Notes: generated by a model not told the origin, from the letters alone. Positions 1-10,129 are shown, counted from the first letter of the stretch. The stretch: 33,339 nt of DNA from Glaciecola sp. (GCA_047621065.1 JBLHMY010000001.1:1-33339); one strand, 5' to 3'. Numbers and translations: made by a program.

Positions 1-1034
1 TCTTTTAATAAGTTACCAATTATAATGCCTTCGCTAGGCAAGAATACGTTTACTTTTGGCATGTCATCTGGAATGGCATTTTTCTGAAATCGTTGAATAA
101 AATCTTGCAAGGCGGTTTTGGCGTCATCCTCATTATGAAAACGTGCAATCAACTCTTGCGCAAGCTCTACTTTTATATCACGCGGATTTTTACCTGCATC
201 CACCGAAGCTTTCATAGCGGCAATCTCTTCAATTGGTCGGAAACTAAGTAGTTCGTAATAGCGCCACATTAACTCATCACTAATAGACATGATTTTACCA
301 AACATATCGTTTGGTGCGTCGGTTATGCCTATATAGTTATTTAATGATTTAGACATTTTCTGCACACCGTCTAAACCTTCTAAAAGTGGCATCATCAATA
401 CAGTTTGTTGCGCTTGTCCTTGAGATTTCTGCAGTTCACGGCCCATCAACAAATTAAACCGCTGGTCGGTGCCGCCAAGTTCTACATCAGCTTTTAGCGC
501 AACTGAATCCCAACCTTGGACAAGTGGATATAAAAACTCATGAATGGAAATAGGCTGCTCATTAGCATAGCGCTTTTTAAAATCGTCACGCTCTAGCATA
601 CGCGCAACAGTTTGACTGGCCGCTAACTTAATCATGCCAGCAGCACCAAGCTTATTCATCCATTCGCTGTTAAAACGTATGGTCGTTTTATCAGGGTCGA
701 GGATTTTGAATACCTGTTCTTGATAGGTTTTGGCGTTATCAAGAATTTGTGCTTCGGTTAAGGGTTTTCGCGTAATATTTTTACCCGTTGGATCACCAAT
801 AAGTCCAGTAAAGTCACCAATTAAAAAAATAACTTCGTGACCCATTTGCTGAAAGGTACGCAATTTATTGATAATCACGGTGTGGCCCAAATGTAAATCG
901 GGGGCGGTAGGATCAAACCCCGCTTTGATTTTCAGCGGTTTGCCCTTTTTTAAACGCTCAATAAGCTCTTGTTCTAACAGAATTTCGTCTGCACCACGTT
1001 TAATCTCAGCAAAAGCCGGTTCCCAACTTACCAT
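1..1034 (-). CDS. tyrS: Tyrosine--tRNA ligase (partial, 3' end runs off the window start)
   Basis: Not in the ORF track; translated by hand from ATG at 1034: [24 protein letters not shown]...[15 protein letters not shown] (HIGH motif), [28 protein letters not shown] motif. AGGA RBS upstream. Confidence 0.97.
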   Translation of the reverse strand, partial: MVSWEPAFAEIKRGADEILLEQELIERLKKGKPLKIKAGFDPTAPDLHLGHTVIINKLRTFQQMGHEVIFLIGDFTGLIGDPTGKNITRKPLTEAQILDNAKTYQEQVFKILDPDKTTIRFNSEWMNKLGAAGMIKLAASQTVARMLERDDFKKRYANEQPISIHEFLYPLVQGWDSVALKADVELGGTDQRFNLLMGRELQKSQGQAQQTVLMMPLLEGLDGVQKMSKSLNNYIGITDAPNDMFGKIMSISDELMWRYYELLSFRPIEEIAAMKASVDAGKNPRDIKVELAQELIARFHNEDDAKTALQDFIQRFQKNAIPDDMPKVNVFLPSEGIIIGNLLK

Positions 1035-1256
1035 TTCTATTTCCTATATTTGATACAAAATTAACAAATTTACTAAGCCAGTAATGTTTGCTAGAGCGTT
1101 TAATTAACTAAAGAATCTTAGCGTGGTTTCGGTAAAGCTGGCGCATAAAAATTGTCCGCCGATAAACTACCAATGGGATAAATTGAACCTTTTCACTGGA
1201 ATACTGACTAAAACCCGTATATTCTAATTTTCTAACTAACAGTATTTTACGAGTGT

Positions 1257-2549
1257 ATGATTAACAATACAATAAAACATCTTCCAAAAGCACATCGAAT
1301 TAGCTTATTAAGCATAATCGTATTGCTTATTGTTATCATAATTTGGCCGGTAGAAGAAGTTGCAGCCTCTCGAACTGCGCCCGCCGTTACCTTAGAACTT
1401 GGTGTGAAGTATGATATTACTATGCCAAAGTTTGTCTTTGAAGGTATTTTACAGGACAACAACGTTGCTATCGATTACCTTTTGTATACTGTTAAACAAG
1501 GTGACACTTTAGCCAAGATTTTCAGTCAATTTTCTTTGAGCCCTCAAGCAACATATAAAGTTAGCAGCGCTGGCAAGCATGCACGAGCGCTGACACGTTT
1601 AAAACCCGGCGATTTACTCTACTTACACATAAATGAATCCGGTCACCTAGCTAATCTGAAGTATGCATTAACGAATATCGAAACACTTGTAATAACTGCG
1701 CACAAAAACAACTTTGTAAGCACTATAGAAACTAAAAAAATAGAAAAAGTGCTTAATTTTTCGCAAGGTGTTATTACAAGCAACTTTTGGAATGCAGGCA
1801 CCGGGGCAGGCCTTACTGATATGCAAATTATGGAACTGGCGGGCATTTTTGGTTGGGATATCGATTTTGCCCAAGAAATTAGAGCGGGTGACCGCTTCAA
1901 TATGATATTTGAAGAGCTTTATGTTGATGGCGAATTTATTGGTGTAGGTGACATTGCTGCGGCTGAGTTTGTTAACCAAGGCGAAACGTTCACAGCAATA
2001 AGGTATTCCGATAGCCAATATTACACACCGCAAGGCCGAAGTATGCGTAAAAGTTTTTTACGCGCCCCTATTAATTTCAAATATGTAAGTTCAAGTTTTA
2101 ATCCCAATCGTTTTCATCCTGTCCAAAAACGCATTAAACCTCATCGCGGTGTCGATTATGTTGCTCGGGTAGGCACCCCTGTATTAGCGGCCGGCAATGG
2201 TAAAGTTATTCGCTCTAGTTATGACAAATATAACGGACACCATGTATTTCTTCAGCATGGTGAGCGATATCAAACGAAATATCTTCATTTTTCCAAACGC
2301 GCTGTTAAACTCGGCGAAACCGTTAAACAAGGCCAGGTTATTGGATACTTAGGTGCTACCGGCATGGTAACGGGCGCCCATCTTCACTATGAGTTTTTGG
2401 TGGATGGCGTGCATAGAAATCCAAGAACAGTTAGTCTGCCCAAGGCAGACCCCATCGAGGCTTCGCAAAAAGATAAGTTTATGCAAATTGCTGAGCAAAA
2501 AGTGAAATTACTCGGCAATCACAAGCGTATAATGTTGGTGATGAACTAG
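1257..2549 (+). CDS. M23-family peptidoglycan DD-endopeptidase (MepM/OapA-like; N-terminal TM anchor, LysM, M23 domain)
   Basis: N-terminal hydrophobic helix, LysM-like YTVKQGDTLAKIF, zinc motifs HRGVDY and HLHYEF. Position divergent from tyrS is typical of this family. Confidence 0.92.
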   Translation: MINNTIKHLPKAHRISLLSIIVLLIVIIIWPVEEVAASRTAPAVTLELGVKYDITMPKFVFEGILQDNNVAIDYLLYTVKQGDTLAKIFSQFSLSPQATYKVSSAGKHARALTRLKPGDLLYLHINESGHLANLKYALTNIETLVITAHKNNFVSTIETKKIEKVLNFSQGVITSNFWNAGTGAGLTDMQIMELAGIFGWDIDFAQEIRAGDRFNMIFEELYVDGEFIGVGDIAAAEFVNQGETFTAIRYSDSQYYTPQGRSMRKSFLRAPINFKYVSSSFNPNRFHPVQKRIKPHRGVDYVARVGTPVLAAGNGKVIRSSYDKYNGHHVFLQHGERYQTKYLHFSKRAVKLGETVKQGQVIGYLGATGMVTGAHLHYEFLVDGVHRNPRTVSLPKADPIEASQKDKFMQIAEQKVKLLGNHKRIMLVMN

Positions 2550-2672
2550 CCCTAAAGACAATGAATTTGCTGCGAGCTAGTGTTTAAAATAAGCCATTAT
2601 TTAGCTTAGATGATTATTTGAGGCATGTGTTTTTTATAACAAGCGGCTTTTTAGATTAAGCGCTTATGTACA

Positions 2673-3125
2673 CTACGCAACTAAAGGTTGGTTGTTTGCG
2701 CTAGCATCCCACGTAGCCAGTGAAAGCTTTTCTAAGCAAGCCAGCCAGTTGTATTGTTGATGAGTCATCTCTTGCTCTTGATGAAACCCCGACTGCGTTA
2801 AGGTTACACGGGTACTCAAATTAGGCATAGAGGTAAATAATACATTGACCTTGGTGATATCATTAGTATCGTCCCATCGCCAAGTAAAACTCAAATGATT
2901 GTTGTGCTCTATTTCTTGGTAAGTGCCAATGACGGTTTGTTGAAAACCATCGGGGCTTTGCAGAACAGCTCGGTAATTTCCACCTTCAGCAAAATCGGAT
3001 ATAAACTGTGAAACGACTAAGTTACCAGGGGCAAACCATTTAACTAAAACAGTTGGGTCGTTAAACGCATTGTATACCGTCTCGACATTCGTATTAAACA
3101 AGCCCGTTAGCGTAAAGTCATACAT
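2673..3125 (-). CDS. SRPBCC/AHSA1-like (START fold) ligand-binding protein
   Basis: VYNAFNDP..LVKWFAP, GGNYR, GTYQEI...LSFTWRW and a C-terminal W..CLEKL helix. Start moved to ATG 3125 because GAGGTGG lies just upstream (the ORF track starts at GTG 3137). Confidence 0.85.
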   Translation of the reverse strand: MYDFTLTGLFNTNVETVYNAFNDPTVLVKWFAPGNLVVSQFISDFAEGGNYRAVLQSPDGFQQTVIGTYQEIEHNNHLSFTWRWDDTNDITKVNVLFTSMPNLSTRVTLTQSGFHQEQEMTHQQYNWLACLEKLSLATWDASANNQPLVA

Positions 3126-3298
3126 GTATAAAACCACCTCTAGTATCGAATTTTAATAGTATGTGCGGATAATCTAAACGTTCCATGAGAGTATTCCGTG
3201 CACTTAAATATTATCGGCATATAAACCTGGTTCGTTACCTATACTTTCATTGTATTATTAATTAGCCTTTTCTTATCTATAAACCCTAACGGAACTCT

Positions 3299-4237
3299 AT
3301 GAAAAAATTAGTGATTATTAGCCGCGACTGGGAAGTATACAAAGCCAGATTCGAACAAAACAAACATCTTCAAACGCACTTCTATTTGCACAGCGCTTCT
3401 CAAGTACCAAATGAAGAATCATTAGCAGTGGCAGATGTGATAATAGCCGAGCCAGACTTAGCGTCATTATATATAAAAAGCTGCTCACAACTAAAGTGGC
3501 TGCAGTCTACTTGGGCAGGAAATAATAAATTACAAGCCGTAGACAAAAAAGACTATATATTAACCGGAGTAAAAGGGGTGTTCGGCTTGCAAATGGTCGA
3601 ATATATTTTAAGTTACTTACTGTATTTCACTCGCCGAATTGAAGATTTTAATCAGCTAAAATTAAATAAGCAATGGTCACAACTGCCTTGCAAAACATTG
3701 TCTGAATACGAAATTGGCATTATGGGATTAGGCAGTATTGGTATGCAAGTAGCTAACCGACTTGCTGATTTTGGGATGAAGGTAAATGGCCTTTCAAGAG
3801 GCACAAAGCAGGCACCTGATGTAACACAATATACCTATGATGAATTGGGTGCATTTTTAGAAAACTGCGATTTTGTATGTAATTTATTACCGGAAACATC
3901 AGCCACAATAGGCCTGTGCAATCAAGCGTTTTTTGCGCACATGAAACCCGGTAGCATATTTATTAATGCGGGCAGAGGCAGTGTAATAGATACACCAGCC
4001 AGTATTATTAACGCCCTTGAATCGCATAGGCTACAAGCGGCTGTACTAGATGTTTATGAACAAGAACCATTGCCAGCTAACCACCCATATTACAGTACTT
4101 GCCAACTATATCTAAGTTGCCATACAGCTGCCATATCTGATCCGCAAAAGGTATTTTCTGTGTTTGAAAAAAATGCGGCTAACTATATTGCCGGCGAAGC
4201 ATTACTATACAGACATGATTTTGCAGCCGGTTACTAA
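3299..4237 (+). CDS. D-2-hydroxyacid dehydrogenase (GhrA-like)
   Basis: Rossmann GIMGLGSIG, FINAGRG, AVLDVYEQEPLP, catalytic His in CHTAA. Confidence 0.9.
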   Translation: MKKLVIISRDWEVYKARFEQNKHLQTHFYLHSASQVPNEESLAVADVIIAEPDLASLYIKSCSQLKWLQSTWAGNNKLQAVDKKDYILTGVKGVFGLQMVEYILSYLLYFTRRIEDFNQLKLNKQWSQLPCKTLSEYEIGIMGLGSIGMQVANRLADFGMKVNGLSRGTKQAPDVTQYTYDELGAFLENCDFVCNLLPETSATIGLCNQAFFAHMKPGSIFINAGRGSVIDTPASIINALESHRLQAAVLDVYEQEPLPANHPYYSTCQLYLSCHTAAISDPQKVFSVFEKNAANYIAGEALLYRHDFAAGY

Positions 4238-4251
4238 GCGCATCTTTGTAA

Positions 4252-5376
4252 TTACTGATTAAGATAGTCGGACATTCCTTGATTAAACAAGCGAAGCCAT
4301 TTAGCACTAAACACATGCTTATATTCCTTGTTTATGGCAATGATAGCCTCAATTTCAGTCATTTTTGGCGTACAATCTTTAGTAGCCAGCGTTAGGTTTA
4401 TGTAAGCATCAACAATGGCTAATAGTTTAGCTCCTTCACATATATTATCGCCGGTAATACCAAGTGGAAAACCACTGCCATCTTTCATCTCATGATGATG
4501 CATAATAATTTTGCGCGCTCCATCCCATGCCGGCAGATGTTCTAACAAACGGGTGCTCTTATAAACATGGGAACGCAGTAAATTCTGTTCCATCGTGCTT
4601 GGCTTATCCTTGTTTTTTACTACTTCTTCAGGCATAAAGGCAAGGCCAAAATCGTGGGTGTAGCAAGCAACGGCAAGTTGATCTTCTTCAATTGCTTGGT
4701 CACTCAAACTATTTATATAAAGTGCAATTGCCGCTATTTTATCTCCCCTGCCCTCTGGCAGCCCGGCACGTTTTTCAATAGGTCTCATAAGCTCTCTAAA
4801 AAACAGCAGGTCGGTTTGTTTGTCAGGCGATATGTTCTTTGGGATGCCAGTTTTTGCTATCTCAATAGCTTTTTTAGATTCTACATTTACGGTTTCAGTA
4901 TCGGGACCACTGTTTACTGCAATAGCTTGTCGTAGCAAACTCTCATGATCTTGAGGCTTGTCAACATCAAATCTTTTGATAATAGCACTGGTGGCATCAA
5001 TGGCATCTTTGTCATATTGTGCTTTTCCATTAACCACACATTCTTCTACGAAACTGGTGACTTTATCGAGCAGTCTAACGACTAAATCATGCAAGGCATT
5101 GGAATAATTAATTTCACTTTTGCGCAGCATATCTAGAATATCTTCTAAATATTGGAGCACCTCTATCATAGGTGTAAAGCCCACTAAGCCTAGATCTCCT
5201 TTAATAGTGTGCACCGAACGAAAAAGAGCGCGTTGCATTTCATTGTCACCAGGCACAAGCTCTAGTTCCACTAAGTTTTGCAAACTTGCTTCGTACAGTT
5301 CAAAAATCTCTTCTTTAAGGTCATGCAAAATATCTTGTTCTAATTCTTCGGGTGTGAATAAAGCCATTTTCTTCAT
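4252..5376 (-). CDS. Hpt (CheA P1-like) domain fused to an HD-GYP-like phosphohydrolase domain
   Basis: LFRSVHTIKG Hpt signature near the N-terminus; THDFG, HHHEMKDGSGFPLG and LAIVDAY in the C-terminal half. Confidence 0.85.
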   Translation of the reverse strand: MKKMALFTPEELEQDILHDLKEEIFELYEASLQNLVELELVPGDNEMQRALFRSVHTIKGDLGLVGFTPMIEVLQYLEDILDMLRKSEINYSNALHDLVVRLLDKVTSFVEECVVNGKAQYDKDAIDATSAIIKRFDVDKPQDHESLLRQAIAVNSGPDTETVNVESKKAIEIAKTGIPKNISPDKQTDLLFFRELMRPIEKRAGLPEGRGDKIAAIALYINSLSDQAIEEDQLAVACYTHDFGLAFMPEEVVKNKDKPSTMEQNLLRSHVYKSTRLLEHLPAWDGARKIIMHHHEMKDGSGFPLGITGDNICEGAKLLAIVDAYINLTLATKDCTPKMTEIEAIIAINKEYKHVFSAKWLRLFNQGMSDYLNQ

Positions 5377-5485
5377 TTTTTATGAACTAATAGACGTTTA
5401 TCGGCCAATTTAAAGGTTTATTTAAAGCTAAGGTGTTTATCTTTATCATTGCGGGTATAATCGCTCGCTTGTCGATACTCGAGGA

Positions 5486-6217
5486 ATGCTAGTGCTTGCT
5501 TTTGTACGTTTTATTGTGATATTCATTTACTTTATTGGGATGAATTTTGGCCTTATTATTTATTTCATTCTTCGCCCAATGCATCGCGATAGCGTTTATG
5601 TTGCCGGTAAGTACTATTCAACAATGGCCAAACTTATTGGTGTGACCCTAGTGTATAGAGGGTCAAATAAAGTGGCAGTAAACCAGTCTTATGTATTTAT
5701 CGGCAATCACCAAAATACATATGATTTAATCACCATAAGTCATGGCGCTAGAAAAGGCGTGGTTACCGTAGGTAAGAAAAGCTTAAAGTGGATACCCATT
5801 TTTGGGCTTATCTATTGGTTATCGGGAAATATAATGATTGACCGAAAGAACTCTGGTAAAGCGCGCGACACCTTGAGTTTAACTGGTGATAAAATGCGCG
5901 AACGTAATCTTTCTGTGTGGATGTTTCCTGAGGGAACGCGCAGCAGAGGAAAAGGACTTTTACCATTTAAAACAGGTGCATTTAGGCTGGCATTAGCAGA
6001 AAAAAAAGCGGTGGTACCGGTCATATGTAGCAATCTAGATAATGGTAAAATTAATTTTAATCGTTGGAATAACGGTATTGTTATTATTGAGTCTTTAGAC
6101 CCCGTAATATTAGATGATTCGAAAAGTGCAAAAGCACTTGCTAATGAATTCCATGCGCTCATGCTCAGGGCTTTCAATAGATTAAGCGAAGAAGCAGAGT
6201 TGCTGAGCAATAAGTAA
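5486..6217 (+). CDS. plsC: 1-acyl-sn-glycerol-3-phosphate acyltransferase
   Basis: NHQNTYD (HX4D), IDRKN, MFPEGTRSRGKGLLPFKTGAF motifs. Confidence 0.93.
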   Translation: MLVLAFVRFIVIFIYFIGMNFGLIIYFILRPMHRDSVYVAGKYYSTMAKLIGVTLVYRGSNKVAVNQSYVFIGNHQNTYDLITISHGARKGVVTVGKKSLKWIPIFGLIYWLSGNIMIDRKNSGKARDTLSLTGDKMRERNLSVWMFPEGTRSRGKGLLPFKTGAFRLALAEKKAVVPVICSNLDNGKINFNRWNNGIVIIESLDPVILDDSKSAKALANEFHALMLRAFNRLSEEAELLSNK

Positions 6218-6240
6218 ATTAAACTAATTAGGAAAGTAAA

Positions 6241-6645
6241 ATGAGTAATGAATCGCAAGAGTGGTACGAATTTAATGAAGAAACCATTCAAGCATTAACC
6301 GATGATGGCACAGACGTGTCGCAAGAGCATACTATTGAACATCACATGGCAAGCCAAGACTTTGACGTACTAGAAAAAGCGGCTGTAGATGCTTTTAAAG
6401 CAGGTTTTGAAGTAAGCGATGCTGAAGAGCTAGTGCTAGACGATGGCGGCACTGTTTTTTGCTTCGATGCAGTAGTAGAAAAAAAGTTAAACGTAGAAGC
6501 TTTTAATAAAGATATAGATGCATTATTAGTAATTGCCGCGAAACACCAAGTACATTACGACGGTTGGGGCACATACTACGTGGGTGACGACGCTATAGAC
6601 GATGAAGATGTATTTGATGACGAAATGTATGATGATGATATTTAA
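6241..6645 (+). CDS. rraB: Regulator of RNase E activity RraB
   Basis: DDG.D....TIEHH, LEKAAVDAFKAGFEV, YDGWGTY and an acidic C-terminal tail; AGGA RBS. Confidence 0.93.
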   Translation: MSNESQEWYEFNEETIQALTDDGTDVSQEHTIEHHMASQDFDVLEKAAVDAFKAGFEVSDAEELVLDDGGTVFCFDAVVEKKLNVEAFNKDIDALLVIAAKHQVHYDGWGTYYVGDDAIDDEDVFDDEMYDDDI

Positions 6646-7289
6646 TCACCGCAAAATATAACTACCTCGCTGCCTTCTTCCCATATTGGATGTAGCGCCA
6701 TCACTTTATTAAACATGGCGCTTTGCAGATATTTATTAAGCCACCGTTTAACGTTTGTATAAGAGGATTGTACGTACCATGAACGTTCAACCTTGGCGAA
6801 TTGACGAATAAACGGAAGTATTGCGATGTCGGCTACGCTTTCATATTCGCCCCAAACATAACTATGCTTACCTAATCTATGTTCTAAGTCTTTAACGTAC
6901 ACTTCACAGGCTTGCCTGCACTGCTCTAAGTTTGGCTCATGATAACGTTTGGCAGCCTTATAACGCTCTATGCAGGCTTTAAATTCAAGGTCGTACATTG
7001 CAATAAAGGCAAGTAAATCATGGCGTATTGAAGCATCAAGCAATAAGTTGTCTGGGTCACTTTGTTCAAGGCTCCATAGCATCACATCCAAGCTTTCATC
7101 TATTATTTGTACTGGTGACACTACCAAAATTGGCACCGTACCTTTTGCAGAAGCAATTAGCATAGCAGCGGGTTTATTGGTTAATTTAACATCGCGCAGT
7201 TCTACCGCTTGTTTCGACTTGAATATTGCTAATCTGGCGCGCATAGCAAAGGGGCAATGTCTAAGGGAATATAGAATGGGTAAGGTCAT
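6642..7289 (-). CDS. Glutathione S-transferase family protein
   Basis: LYSLRHCPFAMRAR, KGTVPIL, IDESLDVM, SVADIAILPFIRQFA. Its stop codon overlaps the rraB stop (TTAA at 6642-6645). Confidence 0.9.
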   Translation of the reverse strand: MTLPILYSLRHCPFAMRARLAIFKSKQAVELRDVKLTNKPAAMLIASAKGTVPILVVSPVQIIDESLDVMLWSLEQSDPDNLLLDASIRHDLLAFIAMYDLEFKACIERYKAAKRYHEPNLEQCRQACEVYVKDLEHRLGKHSYVWGEYESVADIAILPFIRQFAKVERSWYVQSSYTNVKRWLNKYLQSAMFNKVMALHPIWEEGSEVVIFCGD

Positions 7290-7437
7290 TTAAATAATAG
7301 CCATAATTGGTTGATTTCATGTGAAAATAGCATGCTAGCACGAGTATTCTATCATCTAGGCACGTTAACGCTATAAACACCTTTCATATACAGGTAATAT
7401 GCACGCCAAAATATATTCATGAAAATATTAGTGATAA

Positions 7438-9729
7438 GTGATAAAGATGCATTCAAATATTGAGTTATTAGCACCAGGTGGCGATATAGATGCCATTAAA
7501 GCCGCTATTATTGCGGGTGCCGACGCCGTCTACTGTGGCTTAGATAGCTTTAATGCACGTAACCGTGCTTCAAATATCTCGTATGACGAGCTTATAGGCG
7601 TTATTCGTTTAGCCCATCAATATGATTGTGAAATATTTTTGACTTTAAATATCGTTATTTTAGAACGCGAATTTAAAACAATGGCTAAGTTGTTAAGTAA
7701 ATTAGCAAACACCACATTAGATGGCGTAATTGTGCAAGACATTGGCATGTTTTACCTCATTAGAAAATATTTCCCAACGCTAGATATTCATGCGTCAACC
7801 CAAATGACTACGCACAACATAGGACAAATTCCTTTTCTTAAACAACTTGGCGCATCACGGATTAATTTATCAAGAGAATTAAACCTACGTGAAATTACCG
7901 AAATGGCGGCCATAAGCACCCAGCACGACATGTTAACTGAAGTGTTTGTGCATGGATCTCTGTGCGTAGCATTCTCGGGATTATGTTATTCAAGCTCAGC
8001 CAGTGTGGGTAATTCAGGAAATCGCGGGCGCTGCAGCCAAGCATGTCGAGAAGAGTATGAAACGACAGCGACAGGTAATAACTTTCCTCTCAATATTAAA
8101 GACAACTCGGCATTTTTCGACCTGCCTGCATTAATTAAAGCCGGTGTGCATTCATTTAAAATTGAAGGGCGTATTAAAGGCGCCAGTTACGTGCATACCG
8201 TAGTAGATAGTTTCCGTAAACAAATAGATGGCTATTTAAAAACCGGTGAATTAACGCAGGATGGCGAACGGCTTTATAAAGTGTTTAATCGTGATTTAAC
8301 CAATGCGTTTTTACGTGGCGACTTAAACCAGTCGATGTTTATTGAAAACCCACGTGATAATTCAACCCAACGAGCAATTGACGCCAACAATGCTATTTCC
8401 GTTGTGCAAATTCACGATGTCAAACAAACATTGCAGCAGGAAAGAGATAACGTTAACAGCCATGTTTTTGAAAAAATAAAACATTTGAGTATTGAAAAAA
8501 TGCGCTTAAGTTTGCGCTTTAGTGGCGAAGTTGATACGCCCTTGCAAATTACAGCTACTGTTGAAGAAGATGGGCTATTACCCAGTTCACCCAGCAGCAC
8601 CCGAACTATAATCGTGCAGTCAAACCAATCCTTAGTCAGTAGCAACAAATCTAATATCGATTCTAGTGCCCTTGATAAACGCTTTAAAAGTTTTAACAAC
8701 CCGCACTACACACTCACTCCAATTGATGTTGAAGGACTTTCACCAAACCTAAGCTTAGCGTTTAAAGCGCTAAGCGCGCTTAAAAACGCACTCGCATTTG
8801 CATTAAACCAAGGTAGAGAAGTATTCCCAGAAGTGATACTGCCAAAGCTTACCCAGCATCCAAAAACAGACGCCGTTACTGTACCTAGTTTGTCACTGCT
8901 AATTTGTGACGAAAGCGACTTGCATCTGGCTAATATTACCAGCGCCGACATTTACTTCAAATTACCAGACGCCTACAAACGAGGTTGCACTCACTATATT
9001 GATTTTTTGGAAAATAACCCGCGCTTAATTCCGTGGTTCCCGCCGGTATTAATAGGTAAAGATTTTGATGTTGCCTTAAACATTTTGGAACAAGTAAAAC
9101 CTACACGCATTGTTACCAACAACACCGGCATTGCGCATCGAGCGTTTGAATTAGGCATTGAGTGGATTGCGGGCCCGTTTTTGAACACCACAAATTCTTA
9201 TGCATTATTAGCCATGCAAGAGACCTTTAACTGCAGTGGTGCGTTCATTTCGAATGAAATTAATAAACAGCAAATTCAAACCATCGCACGGCCTAAAAAC
9301 TTTAAGATGATGTATAGCATTTATCACCCCATTTTATTAATGACAAGCCGCCAATGTTTTTTCCAACAAAGCGTTGGCTGTGAAAAGCCGCGTATAGACA
9401 ATGGCTGTATGCTGTCTTGTGACAAATCCACCAGCATCACTAACCTTAAAGGAGAATCATTTGCCATAGACAAACAAAAAGCCGGCTACCCAAGTATTTA
9501 TAATCAAGACCAATTTATGAATATGGAAATTATTACCGACCTAGCCCATTTGTTTGACAACTTCATGATTGATTTAACCAATATAGGCGCAGGTAATAAA
9601 AAGTCTCCTGACAAAATAGAACTAATCAAACAGTTTGAACAACTCATTTGTGGCAATCAAACCGTGCATGCAAACTTAAACAACTTGGTGCCTCAATCAA
9701 CTAATGTGCAGTACCATAATGGTTTGTAA
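7438..9729 (+). CDS. Peptidase U32 family Fe-S protein, long RlhA-like form (probable O2-independent RNA hydroxylase rather than a protease)
   Basis: ELLAPGG, GADAVY.G, FNAR, HASTQ, LSREL, EVFVHGSLC-x6-C-x15-C-x3-C, FKIEGR. Start may be ATG 7447. Confidence 0.85.
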   Translation: MIKMHSNIELLAPGGDIDAIKAAIIAGADAVYCGLDSFNARNRASNISYDELIGVIRLAHQYDCEIFLTLNIVILEREFKTMAKLLSKLANTTLDGVIVQDIGMFYLIRKYFPTLDIHASTQMTTHNIGQIPFLKQLGASRINLSRELNLREITEMAAISTQHDMLTEVFVHGSLCVAFSGLCYSSSASVGNSGNRGRCSQACREEYETTATGNNFPLNIKDNSAFFDLPALIKAGVHSFKIEGRIKGASYVHTVVDSFRKQIDGYLKTGELTQDGERLYKVFNRDLTNAFLRGDLNQSMFIENPRDNSTQRAIDANNAISVVQIHDVKQTLQQERDNVNSHVFEKIKHLSIEKMRLSLRFSGEVDTPLQITATVEEDGLLPSSPSSTRTIIVQSNQSLVSSNKSNIDSSALDKRFKSFNNPHYTLTPIDVEGLSPNLSLAFKALSALKNALAFALNQGREVFPEVILPKLTQHPKTDAVTVPSLSLLICDESDLHLANITSADIYFKLPDAYKRGCTHYIDFLENNPRLIPWFPPVLIGKDFDVALNILEQVKPTRIVTNNTGIAHRAFELGIEWIAGPFLNTTNSYALLAMQETFNCSGAFISNEINKQQIQTIARPKNFKMMYSIYHPILLMTSRQCFFQQSVGCEKPRIDNGCMLSCDKSTSITNLKGESFAIDKQKAGYPSIYNQDQFMNMEIITDLAHLFDNFMIDLTNIGAGNKKSPDKIELIKQFEQLICGNQTVHANLNNLVPQSTNVQYHNGL

Positions 9730-9868
9730 TACTGTGTTTTTCACTCGCATATTTAAGTATGTTTGAATATTGAGCAATAATAGAAGTTTCAAAACACTAA
9801 CTAATATTTACCCCGTAAAAATTAACAGATTCGCTTCCATGATAATTTTAATATTAAATTACTTTTCG

Positions 9869-10129
9869 CTATTTTAGTAGTTCATGGTCTGCGGGCAACT
9901 GATTACTAATCCACATAACCAAGCGATGTTTTAAACTGGCTAAATCTTCTTTATTTTCAGGTAAAGGACTTATCAACTTGTCATGCACTAGAAGTCGATA
10001 CAAACTTTCAATTTTTTGTTTTGCTGAGTCGCTGGGGGAGAATTCATTGTACCCGCGTTTTTTAGCATAGCTCTGGGCAACCGACATAGCTTTTTTCAAA
10101 AGTGCAGCTTCATTTTTTATTTTCTTCAT
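9869..10129 (-). CDS. DUF5062-like small conserved protein
   Basis: MKKIKNEAALLKKA...YAKKRG...LYRLLVHDKLI.PL...LKHRLVMWI..QLP.DH resembles DUF5062 proteins as I recall them; not verified by search. Confidence 0.7.
   Translation of the reverse strand: MKKIKNEAALLKKAMSVAQSYAKKRGYNEFSPSDSAKQKIESLYRLLVHDKLISPLPENKEDLASLKHRLVMWISNQLPADHELLK

Noticed and set aside
868-1053. 61-aa + strand ORF
   Set aside because: Antisense shadow of tyrS, which the track missed because it runs off the window edge.
6580-6645. GAT/GAC-rich low-complexity stretch
   Set aside because: It simply encodes the acidic C-terminal tail of RraB; not a repeat element.
7438-9729. Calling the U32 protein a collagenase or protease
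   Set aside because: It has no signal peptide and has an intact Fe-S cysteine motif; characterised relatives are hydroxylases.
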